DNA of 64,000 nucleotides from Anolis carolinensis. Lineage: Eukaryota. This document shows, piece by piece, positions 51,447 to 62,657 of this stretch (positions within the stretch are counted from its first letter, which is position 1; each line of letters starts with the position of its first letter). The stretch is from contig NC_085842.1 in assembly GCF_035594765.1 (NCBI RefSeq), positions 1,302,001 through 1,366,000 on the forward strand. Reading direction: 5' to 3'. The notes below the pieces were generated by a model that saw only the letters and a program-made list of their open reading frames with translations, was not told where the DNA came from and searched no databases. The translations under genes were made by a program, and so were the position numbers.

Positions 51447-53017
51447 GGCTTTGGGGCTTTTGGCGGCTCCCCCTTCCGGGCCCAGCATTCCGCTGCTCGG
51501 TGGCCCGTCTTCCCACATACAAAGCATCCTGGTTTAGGTTTGTTGTCGTCTCCTCTGGAGGGAATCCCCGGCCTCCCTCCGGGTCTTTCTTGCTTCCTCG
51601 TTTCTCCTCGACCTCTCGCCACCGGTCTTTGCTGGCCGCTGCTGCTCCTGAAGCGCTTTACTTGGGCCAGGGTGGATTCGACGCGCCCCGCTAGTTGAAT
51701 CCATCCCTGGAGCGTCTCGGGGTCGTCTCTGTGCGCGGCCCAGCTGAAAATCTCGGGGCGTAGTCCCTCTTTAAATAGTTCCACTTTGGTTACTTCAGAC
51801 CACTCCGGTACCCTTTCCGCGAGGTGGAGGAATTCCTCTGCGTACTCGGGCACCGTTTTGTCCCTTTGTTTTATTCCTTTCAGCTGGTCTCGAGCCCTCA
51901 ATTGCTCTAGCCGGTCTCTGAACCGGTTCTCCAGTGCGGCGAGGAAGCGGGGCACTGACCTCAGGCATGGGTCGCGTCTGGCATGCAATTGCACATACCA
52001 GCTGGCCGCTCCTCGCTTTAGTGTGTTGCCGATGGCTCGAACCCTGCTTGCTTCGGAGGGAAATGTGTGTGCGTTGTCTTCCATGTATCCTCTAATGCTA
52101 ATTAGAAAAAAGTTCAGTTCATCTGATTCCCCTCCGTATTCCAGCTTGAGATCTTCCCTTCTAGGCATCCATTCCGCAGCCCTTTGATGTTGTCTGGGCG
52201 GCATGGGGAAGGGTTGCATCAGGTTTCCTCGGGCGGCTCCTTGGAACACGCCGCGCCCCACTCCGGTGGTCATTCTGCGCGGCTCCTGGAAGTCTGCCGC
52301 CGCTGTCGGCTCTTCCGCCCATCCGCATACTGGCCTAGCTGTAGCCCCCTCATCTCGCCTTTCCTCGTCGTACGGCACATCCTCCTCCTCTTCCTGGACC
52401 CCCCGCTCCTCTCCGCCTTCGTCTGCGAATCCACTGGACCCGATCCCTGGCCCCAGTGGCCTTTCCACCCCGACGCCCATTCTGGGGGTTGGGAGCTCTG
52501 TTGGAGACGGCGGCCTCAGGGTCCCCAGGGCTCGCTGACGCTCCACTTCTCGCGCCATTCTGTCCCGGAACTGCAGCTCCTGCCAGTATTCCTCATCTCC
52601 CTCGTCCCTTGCCGCCACGGGGCTCTGCGTTGACGCCCGCTGGCCCCTCTGGCTCCAATCTCCTTCTTTGCTTGGTTCTCTCTCGGCGCCATATCGGCTG
52701 GCCTCCTTCTGGAGATTCTCTTCCAATAATGGCACCAATCTCTCCACGGTTTCCGATAGCCTGGATAAATTAGTTTCCAGGATGGATAACCGCAGGGCCA
52801 CGGTCTCCGGCATACTTCCTCCAGATCCCCAACTGGTTTCTGCAGCCGCAGAGACGCCTCTTCCGAGCCTGGGAATTCTCTGGGTCACGCCGTTCGGCTT
52901 GGGGTACCCCGTAGAGGAAGCTATGGCTTGCAGCGTCTCTTCTCTCTTCGGCCGGGCCCCTTGCAAAGGCCTCTCTGCCTCATTTGGGCTTTGATCTTCT
53001 TCCTCGCTCATTATCAC
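51386..53017 (-). CDS. gag: Gypsy Gag (sushi/PEG10-like capsid plus CCHC)
   Basis: LKRGAASWY...QRDKTVPEYAEEF...FKEGL; CFVCGKTGHRAAEC. Confidence 0.9.
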   Translation of the reverse strand: MIMSEEEDQSPNEAERPLQGARPKREETLQAIASSTGYPKPNGVTQRIPRLGRGVSAAAETSWGSGGSMPETVALRLSILETNLSRLSETVERLVPLLEENLQKEASRYGAEREPSKEGDWSQRGQRASTQSPVAARDEGDEEYWQELQFRDRMAREVERQRALGTLRPPSPTELPTPRMGVGVERPLGPGIGSSGFADEGGEERGVQEEEEDVPYDEERRDEGATARPVCGWAEEPTAAADFQEPRRMTTGVGRGVFQGAARGNLMQPFPMPPRQHQRAAEWMPRREDLKLEYGGESDELNFFLISIRGYMEDNAHTFPSEASRVRAIGNTLKRGAASWYVQLHARRDPCLRSVPRFLAALENRFRDRLEQLRARDQLKGIKQRDKTVPEYAEEFLHLAERVPEWSEVTKVELFKEGLRPEIFSWAAHRDDPETLQGWIQLAGRVESTLAQVKRFRSSSGQQRPVARGRGETRKQERPGGRPGIPSRGDDNKPKPGCFVCGKTGHRAAECWARKGEPPKAPKPSKEAESHSKFGLTIRISSI

Positions 53018-54924
53018 TTCACTGCGAATTCCGCAGGAGGGTGAGAAATGGGATTCTCGACTTTAATGTCAGGCTTACTTCAAAGGACCAGTCTGAACGC
53101 AGATCAAAGACAGCTGCTCTCAAACACAATCTTTATTGAAGAATACATGACTTTGGAAAAGTCGAGAATGACCTAATGTTTACATACATCTGATTTTATC
53201 ACTTCTGATGCAACGTAATATCACACGCAAATATCATCATCAAACCCCACCTTCTGGATCACATTTCCACCAAGGTTTCTATCCCCCCCACACTACAGCA
53301 ATTATAATTGTTTATACTTTCACCCCTGAGTTCCCAGGCTCATTTTATCTTCTCCCGCCAGGTGCTCGCATGTTTATGTTATGAAGTCAGATTCAGGGCT
53401 TGGAAATTCAGCCCTGGGATCTGGCTGCATGTTCATGTCATGCAGCCAGATCCCAGGGCTGAATTTCCAAGCCCTGAATCTGACTTCATAACATAAACAT
53501 GCGAGCACCTGGCGGGAGAAGATAAAATGAGCCTGGGAACTCAGGGGTGAAAGTATAAACAATTATAATTGCTGTAGTGTGGGGGGGGATAGAAACCTTG
53601 GTGGAAATGTGATCCAGAAGGTGGGGTTTGATGATGATATTTGCGTGTGATATTACGTTGCATCAGAAGTGATAAAATCAGATGTATGTAAACATTAGGT
53701 CATTCTCGACTTTAATGTCAGGCTTACTTCAAAGGACCAGTCTGAACGCAGATCAAAGACAGCTGCTCTCAAACACAATCTTTATTGAAGAATACATGAC
53801 TTTGGAAAAGTCGAGAATGACCTAATGTTTACATACATCTGATTTTATCACTTCTGATGCAACGTAATATCACACGCAAATATCATCATCAAACCCCACC
53901 TTCTGGATCACATTTCCACCAAGGTTTCTATCCCCCCCACACTACAGCAATTATAATTGTTTATACTTTCACCCCTGAGTTCCCAGGCTCATTTTATCTT
54001 CTCCCGCCAGGTGCTCGCATGTTTATGTTATGAAGTCAGATTCAGGGCTTGGAAATTCAGCCCTGGGATCTGGCTGCATGACAAACAACTTTATTCTTGT
54101 ACAGTAGAGACTCGCTTATCCAACATTCTGGATTATCCAACACAGGCTCCCTTTTAGTAGTCAATGTTTTCAAAACATCGTGATATTTTGGTGCTAAATT
54201 TGTAAATACAGTAATTACTACATAGCATTACTGCGTATTGAACTACTTTTTCTGTCAAATTTGTTGTATAACATGATATTTTGGTGCTTAATTTGTAATG
54301 ATGTTTAATAGGCTTTTCCTTAATCCCTCCTTATTATCCAACATATTCACTTATCCAATGTTCTGCCGGCCCTTTTATGTTGGATACGTGAGACTCTACT
54401 GTATTACTAATCTAATAATGCAGCACAGAAGAGATAAAGGGGCAGCAGAGGAATATGTGGCTATTCCAAAAAGGTCCAAGTCTCATAAAGAAGAGATTGG
54501 ACCAGAATGAGGAAGCATAAGGATTAAGGTAGCAGAAATAACATCAAGAGATAACACAGGAATACCTGGCTATGCCAAAGGGATCCCAGTGTGTTCAGGC
54601 CAGGTAATGTATATATTTTTCAAGATGAACAGAAGAGCAGAGAAGCACAGAAGAGATGGAGTTTTTTTTGAGATTATTGGGGATCAACTCGAGTTGGGTG
54701 TGAGGTTTGCTGTGAGTCTGACCCAGAAGCAAGAAGGTGTTGTTGAGGGCGGATCTAAAAAGGAGTGACTGGAGTAAAAAATAAGGAACTGAGAGGAACA
54801 GTGAACCAGAGTGTCTCCATTTTGTCTATTGCTGTCAGCTTGAACATTAGAGTGTCTGTTTTAACTAATATTAAAAGTCTGATATTAAAAGTTGCACCCT
54901 GCCTCTCCAGAGGAAAGGCAAGTG

Positions 54925-55155
54925 CCGGGCTGTGGCGCAGGCTGGAAAGCAAGTCAGCTGCAACAAATCAACAAATCACTCTGACCAAAGAGGTCATGAG
55001 TTCAAGGCCAGCCCAGTGCCTGCGTCTTGTCTCTGTCTGTTCTATGTCACGGCATTGAATGTTTGCCTTTATGTGTGCAATGTGATCTGCCCTGAGTCCC
55101 CTTCGGGGTGAGAAGGGCGGAATATAAATGCTGTAAATAAATAAACAAACAAATA
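54925..55155 (+). mobile_element. Short L2-tailed tRNA SINE (similar copy at 60722-60950)
   Basis: Same head and tail as 61950-62393, middle absent. Confidence 0.8.
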
Positions 55156-55849
55156 AGTGTCATACCGTGTTTCCCCGAAAATAGGACTGTGTCTTATATT
55201 AATTTTTGCTCCCAAAGATGCACTAGGTCTTATTTTCAGGGGATGTCTTATTTTTCCATGAAGAAAAATTCACATTTATTGTTGAACAAAAAAATGAACA
55301 TTTATTATATACTGTGCAGTAGTTGTCATCACAAACCAGCATAACCAGACAAACTCTGAATCCTATGAAGAATTTCTTGTTACTACCGATATTTCCATTT
55401 ACAACACTCTATGGTACGTACATTTACTGATCTGTTCTGGTGTTCTGTTTGTTGGGCATGCTTCCAAACAAAAACTTTGCTAGGTCTTACTTTCGGGGGA
55501 GGCCTTATATTTAGCAATTCAGCAAAACCTCTACTAGGTCTTATTTTCTGGGGATGTCTTGTTTTAGGGGAAACAGGGTAAGAAGTTCCAGAGAACATTT
55601 GTGGTTGGCCGATGTGGTCAGCTACTTACTGGAAAATATATGCAATATACATTATGCTACAGGTGTTGTTTACTCCAAAGGATATAGCTCAAACTTTGGA
55701 AACTTTGCGGTGAGATGCTTGCTAAATTTTGTAAGGCTTTGTACTAGAAAAGAGGAACTTTAGGTGATAAACAAGTAGGGTATATAAGGCTCCCGGCACA
55801 AAGGCTCGGGGCGACAGCTTAGCCCACAACATAATGAATATGTTGTCTG

Positions 55850-57000
55850 TCTGTCAGGCGCATGCGCAGAGGCGCCGCTGCCATGGTCCCTGAGGGCACC
55901 ACAGGCCTCAGAGTCTCCCGCTCCCTTTCAAGGCCGGACCGGTAAGGAAGGAAGGAAGGCCTGTCAGCACGGCCGGGGGGGGGCACGAACCAAGGGGACC
56001 AGCACCCCCCCCCCCCCCGTTGCCTCTCCCTTCTTCCCACGTTCGTTCTCTTTCTCACCCTTCGCCTCCTCCTCCGCAAGTGAGCTCACAGGAATAGGCG
56101 GCAATCGACCGTCTAGGAAACGGAGGCCTCCCCCTCTCGCTGTACTTCCGCCCGGAACAAAAATGGCGGCTGCGGGCAGGAAACCCATAGAGAGGCGGGG
56201 CTTCGCGGTAGTTCAACGGCACTGCGACCCCAGCGAGAGACTGACGCTCCTCCTTTCTTTGCCTCCAAAGGTCCAAGATCCGCCAATGGGAACCCGTCTT
56301 CCTCTCCGGCGTCATCTGTCTCCGGGCAGCATCTCCCCCGGCCCTTTCCTCCGCCCTTCTGCCACTAACGGTCATTCCCGGGACCGGCCAATAGGAATCG
56401 TCCTCTGCTCGCGGCGTCATCGGTCTCCGGGCAGAATCTCCCCCGGCCCTTTCCTCCGCCCTTCTGCCACTAACGGTCATTCCCGGGACCGGCCAATGGG
56501 AATCGTCCTCTGCTCGCGGCGTCATCGGTCTCCGGGCAGAATCTCCCCCGGCCCTTTCCTCCGCCCTTCTGCCACTAACGGTCATTCCCGGGACCGGCCA
56601 ATAGGAATCGTCCTCTGCTCGCGGCGTCATCAGTCTCCGGGCAGATCCTGGCATGACTGGCTGAGTGACCGTTGGGAACGTGGAGGCCTAAACCTCGCTG
56701 CTGGTGCTGCTGCCGGTGAAGAGGCCCAGTGAAGGTTCTCTCTCCCGCCCGCCCGCCCGCCCGGGCTGCCTGCCTGCCTCTCTCTCCCGGTGAGTTTCGT
56801 TTCCAAACCCCCCGGAGGGAGGGAGGGAAGGCCGGAGAGGGCCCGGGCCTGTTCCCCTCCCGGGCGGGCCTTTCTCTCCCGCCCTCTTCCTGGGAAACCA
56901 GGCCTCAATCACCACCGCCGCTCCCTCAGCCAGGCCTGGGCCAGAATCCCTCCCCTCAAGCCCTTCCTTTTCCCCTTCAGCCACTTCAACTGAGGAAAGG
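55850..57000. promoter_or_regulatory. CpG island, probable bidirectional promoter (ZNF gene 4 and KRAB-ZNF)
   Basis: NRF1 GCGCATGCGC at 55858-55867, ETS ACTTCCG, YY1 AAAATGGCGGC at about 56160, CCAAT/GC boxes; plus-strand donors after 55941 and 56789. Confidence 0.8.
56282..56645. repeat. 105-bp tandem repeat, about 3.5 copies, in the CpG island
   Basis: cggcgtcat recurs at 56307, 56412, 56517 and 56622. Confidence 0.95.
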
Positions 57001-57729
57001 GCCTGAGGCTTCCAGGTGTTTTGGACTCCAACTCCCAGAGTCCATGAAGCGGCTGAGGGGAGAAAGGGAGGAGCCTGAGGCCAGGAATTCTGGGAGTTGG
57101 AGTCCAAAACACCGCCAGGGAGGGGGGGGGGCAGCACGGTGGTATGGGATATATAATCTGTTTTTCAATAATAAATAATAATAATAAACTTTATTTTTAT
57201 ATCCCGCCCCATCTCCCCGAAGGGACTCGGGGCGGCTCACAACAGGGACAAGCCCGAACAACAACAACATATTTAACATAACCTAAAACATTCCAACAAT
57301 ACACAAAATAAAATAATAGACAAATACATTAATAATAATAATAATAAAACTTTATTTATACCCCACCACCATCTCCCCAACGGGGACTCTGGGTGGCTTA
57401 CATGGGGCCATGCCCAAAACAATACAATGTAAACAGCATATAAAAGAACAGCACATCACAATACAATAAGCAATACAATAAATAATAATATCCATTACAA
57501 AATAAAACAAGGAGACAGTGAAAACAAGGGCAGACCACATGAACATTAAGTTAAATCTCGGGGTGAGAAAGACATAAAAATAAAAACCACAGCGAACAGG
57601 GTCATATTAAAAGCAACCCAGTGGGGACAGGTTTCATAAAGTGCTGTATCATGGAAATAAGTAGCAATGATAAAGTGCCGTATGTTTTCAAAACAGGAAA
57701 AAAGTATTCTAATAACAGAGTTCCAAGCT

Positions 57730-58560
57730 TGGTAGATGAAGTAAATGCAGAGGATGTAGCACATCTTGCTTTCAGTAAGACCTCTGGAAAGGCCTCCCAT
57801 GGTTTTACAAACAACAAGTAAAAGTGGGCTGGATAATACTCCTGTTCAGTGGATTTGTAATGGTTTGAGCGACCAGAGTGCCGCAGGGTTCTGTCCTGGG
57901 CCCAGTACTGCTCAACATGCATATCATATTTTCAGATGACAACAAATTAGCAGGGATAGCTGACAGTCTAGAAGATAGGATCAGAATTCAAAATGGCCTG
58001 AACATGGTAGAGAGCTGGGCCAAAACTAACCCAAATAATGTCAACAAGAATATATGTAGAGTAGTGCACTTAGGCAGGAGAAAAATGCCATGCACAGGAA
58101 CAGGGTGGGCGATACCTGGCTTGACAATCATTCATATGATGGGGTCTTGGAGTGTTAGAGGACTACAAGTGGAACATGAGCCAACAATTAAGGATGAAGC
58201 ATGAGGATCTTGGACGAATGGAATTGATTATATATATGTTTTTAAGGTTTTTATAATGTGTTTTACGAATGTTATTAATAGATCTGTTTATATTGTTTTG
58301 TTTTTATGATTGCATTTTGGGCATTAAATTTTGCCAATTTTTGTAAGCAGCCCCGAGTCCCCTCGGGTGAGAAGGGCAGGGTATAAATGCTGTAAATAAA
58401 TAAATAAATAAACAATGTGAGGCAGCAGCTGAAAAGACTATGGGATTTTGGGCTGCATCCAAAGGAGTATCGTGTCTAGATTCAGGGAAGTCATGGCGAC
58501 CACCTTTCTCCTTTGGTGAGACCTCACCTGAAATAACACTGTGTCCAGTTCTGGGCACCA
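57730..58560 (+). mobile_element. Old CR1 RT fragments
   Basis: PQGSVLGPVL...FSDDNKL...VVHLGR. Confidence 0.75.
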
Positions 58561-58823
58561 CGATAGAAGCGGGAACATGCTCAGATTCCATTTCTGATTC
58601 TACGTATCAATTAAGAAATTGTTCTTACCTGTGACCAACTGGACGTCTCTACAAAGCTTACAACTGTGGCATGGAGGCCTTGGCCTTATGTTGTACTGTT
58701 TATTTTATGTATTGTATTATTTAATTGCATTATGATATGGTTATATTGTATTGTCCTGGGCATGGCCCCATGTAAGCTGCCCCGAGTCCCCATTGGGGAG
58801 ATGGTGGCGGGGTATAAATAAAG

Positions 58824-58873
<50 letters not shown>

Positions 58874-58984
58874 GCCCTTTCCCTTTCAAACAACCAACAG
58901 GAATGTAAATCTGCTTTAAAGATTTTCTCATTATTTTTCTTGACAGCTCTCATGTGAGGAGGGAATCTTTTCTTCTTCCGCCAG

Positions 58985-59111
58985 GGCCCAATCGCCTTTG
59001 TGGACGTGGCTAAGGATTTCTCCCTGGAGGAGTGGGTTCTCCTGAATCCGGATCAGAAAGCCTTGCACAAGCAGATCATGGAGGAGATGAATGGGATTGT
59101 GGACTCTCTTG
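58985..59111 (+). CDS. KRAB-A exon of a plus-strand KRAB-ZNF gene
   Basis: ccag/GGC...CTTG/gtaagg, 127 bp, [42 protein letters not shown]. Start exon not identified. Confidence 0.9.
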
Positions 59112-59226
59112 GTAAGGCTCCCTCACTGATGGGGATTTCTGTTTCAAAAGGCAGTATTATCCTAAATCATCACAGTCACTGAGGGTCCACAAGGCAGGGC
59201 TTATGTTAGGAATGTATGACATAAGC

Positions 59227-59262
<36 letters not shown>

Positions 59263-59316
59263 TTAGTACCAATTCAGACTCAAGTGGGAAGATTTCCATA
59301 ACGAATCAAGTCGAAG

Positions 59317-59378
<62 letters not shown>

Positions 59379-60007
59379 GTTTGTGTGAGAGGCAAGGAGA
59401 GGGAAGGAGCAGATTGGCTGGAGAGGGGCCGGAGAATGGATCATGAAGAAAAACAAACTTCCCCTAGCTTCAGATACGCAGAGGCAGCTATACATCTTAC
59501 GATTGGTGTATTCAACCTTGTTTTTCCTCCCAACCAGGCAGGCTAGTCTTTGCGTGTCTGAAGACTAAGCTCTCTCTCTACGCTGTCTCTCTCAGCACAC
59601 AAACAGGCCCTAGCCTCATTCACTCGGTGACTTGTAATATCATGTGTTCTGTGCTTGTGAATGATTGGGGCTCAGGGTTTTTTGTGCACTGGGAGAGACA
59701 TAGAGCAGCCGTCAAACACTCTGCCCCTTTCCTTCAAGTAGTAAGAGTGTCATTCATGGTAGTTTCACATCGGCAGAAATCTGTTTTTGTTTATTCATTC
59801 AGTCACTTCTGACTCTTTGTGACCTCATGGACCAGTCCATGCCAGAGTTCCCTCAGCACCTTCAAGGTCAAGCCAGCCACTTCAAGGATACCATCCATCC
59901 ATCTTGCCCTTTGTTTGGCCCCTTCCTTTTGCCTTCCCTATTCCCCGGCATCTTTCTCTTCTCTAAGCTTTCCTGTCTTCTCATAATGTGGCCAAAGTAC
60001 TCTTTGG

Positions 60008-60377
60008 GGTTGTTTTTCCAGAAGTATTCTCTCTTGATGTTTCACCCACATCTATGGCAGGCATCCTGAGAGGTGTGAGATATATTGGAAACTAGGCTAG
60101 TGAGGTTTGTAGATCTGTCTTTCCCACATACCTGACAACCTGTTTTTATAGTATATTTGTTGCTGGCCCTCGTGGCAGAATGTAAGCCGCTCTGAGTCCC
60201 CTCGGGGAGAAGGGCGGGGTATAAATGCATGTAATAAATAAATAAATAAACCTCTGAGGATGCCTGCCACAGATGTGGGTGAAAGGTCAGGATAGAATAC
60301 TTCTGGAACATAGCCATACAGCCTGGAAAACACACAACAACCCTGTGATTCCGGCCATGAAAGCCTTTGACAACACA
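60008..60377. mobile_element. Two oppositely oriented Penelope pseudo-LTR fragments around an L2 tail
   Basis: Hammerhead-like core at 60251-60291 (+). Confidence 0.7.
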
Positions 60378-61339
60378 TAGTTCCTCTTTGCCCCTCATAT
60401 CACTTCACTTCACTTTATTTCTTAATTAGTCGTTCTCCACCAGAGTGCTCCGAGCGACTTACAATTTAAAATATCATTCCACAATATAAAAACATTCAAC
60501 ATAAAAACATTCAACAGTGACTATTTGGCAAATTAGATCTGATTTACTTAAATGCACAACCATATCCTTCCCTGCAGTGAGCAGCCAGGCATTATTTCCT
60601 GGAGTATGAGCTTCTTGTGGCTCAAGGCACTCTCAGGATTTTCCTCCAGCACCAAAGTTCAAAAGTATCTCTCTTCCTTTGCTCAGCCTTCCTTATGGTC
60701 CAGCTCTCTCACACATCCATAGGGCTCGGGCTGTGGCGCAGGCTGGAGAGCAGCTGCAATGAATCACTCTGATCAGGAGGTCATGAGTTCGAGGCCCGCT
60801 CGGAGCCTATGTTTGTCTGTCTTTGTTCTATGTTAAAAGGCATTGCATGTTTGCCTATATGTGTAATGTGATCCGCCCTGAGTCCCCTTCGGGGTGAGAA
60901 AGAAGGGCGAAATATAAATGCTGTAAATAAATAATAAATAAATAAATAAATTACTATGGGATATACAGTAGAGTCTCACTTATCCAACATAAACGGGCCG
61001 GCAGAATGTTGGATAAGCGAATATGTTGGATAATAAGGAGAGATTAAGGAAAAGCCTATTAAACATCAAGTTAGATTATGATTTTACAAATGAAGCACCA
61101 AAATATCATGTTAGACAACAAATCTGACAAAAAAGTAGTTCAATACGCAATAATGCTATGTAGTAATTACTAGTGTATATATGAATTTAGCACCAAAATA
61201 TCACGATGTTTTGAAAACACTGACTATAAAAATGCGTTGGATAATCCAGAACGTTGGATAAGTGAGACTCTACTGTACCATTGCTTTAACCATGCGGACC
61301 TTCATTGCCAGTGTGACATCTCTACTCTTTACTGTTTTG

Positions 61340-62657
61340 TGTCACACTCAAGGCAGCGGAGCACCAAGAACCATACACGGAGGCCAATAAACTATCTAAT
61401 ATCTTTATTAAGGAAATATGTAAGAATAATAAAAGCAAGTAGAAAATATAGCCCAGAGGCAGACCTTTCAAAGGAGGTCAAATATAGTCCAGAAATAGTT
61501 TGTCCAATAAATGATATTAGAGTCCAAAGATAAAATCCAATAAACCGAAACACACACTATTGCCAAGCAATAGTGTGGGGAATTGTCCAGGGTCTTTCAA
61601 AGGTCCAAGGTATGATTCACAACAAGCTGAAATAAAACTTGGTTCTAGGAATAAAGTCCGTGACTAAGAACGAGGCAAGGCAAATCTTGAAATACTTGAA
61701 TGAGCAAGGCAAGGAAACTGGATTTGCAGACTTTGCGAAGTCCACACAAGGCTGGAACACGATTTCACTCCTGAAGCTGCTCTGTTGACTCCGCACCGGA
61801 CCAACCGTGCCAGGCACCTATATCTGGGTCTCGTTTTCCCGCCAAGCAGGTGTCCAGCGTTCTCTTTCCCTAGAGAACGGGAAACAAAACCCAGCTTTCT
61901 CCAGATGTGAGACTCCCTGGATTTTCCCAGGGGAAACATGGCTAATCAGGCTGTGGCGCAGCTGTTGAGCAGCTGCCTTAAATCACTCTGACCATGAGGT
62001 CATGAGTTCGAGGCCAGCCCGTGGCGGGGTGAGCACCCGTCAATTAAAAATAAAAAATAGCCCCTGCTCGTTGCTGACCTAGCAACCTGAAAGATAGTTG
62101 CATCTATCAAGTAGGAGATAAGGTACCACTTATAAAGTGGGGAGGCAAGATTAACTAATTTACGACCTGGAATGAGGAAGTGCCGTCAGTGTGGATGATG
62201 AAGCAGCTGCTCCCCCCTGTGGCCAGAATCGAACATCCCCTCAGAAGAACGTTAACTTGCCTCTGCGTGTGTCTCTCTGTCTCTGTTTGATGTGTTTATG
62301 GGCATTGAATGTTTGCCCTATGTGTGTTATAATGTGATCCGCCCTGAGTCCCCTTCGGGGTGAGAAGGGCGGAATATAAATACTGTAAATAAATAATCAG
62401 TGTCTTGTTTGGCTGCAGTTCTCAAGCTCCTGCGAACCCGCTCTTTCACTCCCCTGTCTGCAGCAAAGGACTGTCTCCTAGCGAAGGGAGGTGAGAGCTG
62501 CTCAAGGTCTGTCTTAATTGGTTCTGGGGCGAGAACATCAACATCAGGCATCTGGAAAGATTCCAGCTGTTGTTGATCCGGAGAAAACCCTATGTTTTCA
62601 TCCTCATCTGCCACAGTGACACTAGGAGCGGGACTACAAGGCCCATGAGACATCACA
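61340..62657 (-). mobile_element. Solo LTR containing a SINE
   Basis: TG...CA termini, 5-bp TSD TTTTG. Confidence 0.85.
61950..62393 (+). mobile_element. L2-tailed tRNA SINE
   Basis: TSD TAATCAG; A/B-box-like head; (taaa)n tail. Confidence 0.85.

Larger units (their letters stand above)
49489..54083 (-). mobile_element. Ty3/Gypsy LTR retrotransposon, Tf1/sushi-like, PR/RT-deleted, with extra LTRs
   Basis: 368-bp TGTCA...TGACA LTRs at 49489-49856, 53067-53431 (3 nt short) and 53716-54083; inverted partial copy at 53436-53713; PPT next to 49857. Confidence 0.95.

Noticed and set aside
49483-54089. 6-bp TSD AACAAC around the Gypsy element
   Set aside because: It sits in an (AAC)n tract, so TSD length cannot be determined; not claimed as unusual.
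56055-56732. 199 aa and 189 aa repetitive ORFs
   Set aside because: Arise from the GC-rich 105-bp promoter repeat.
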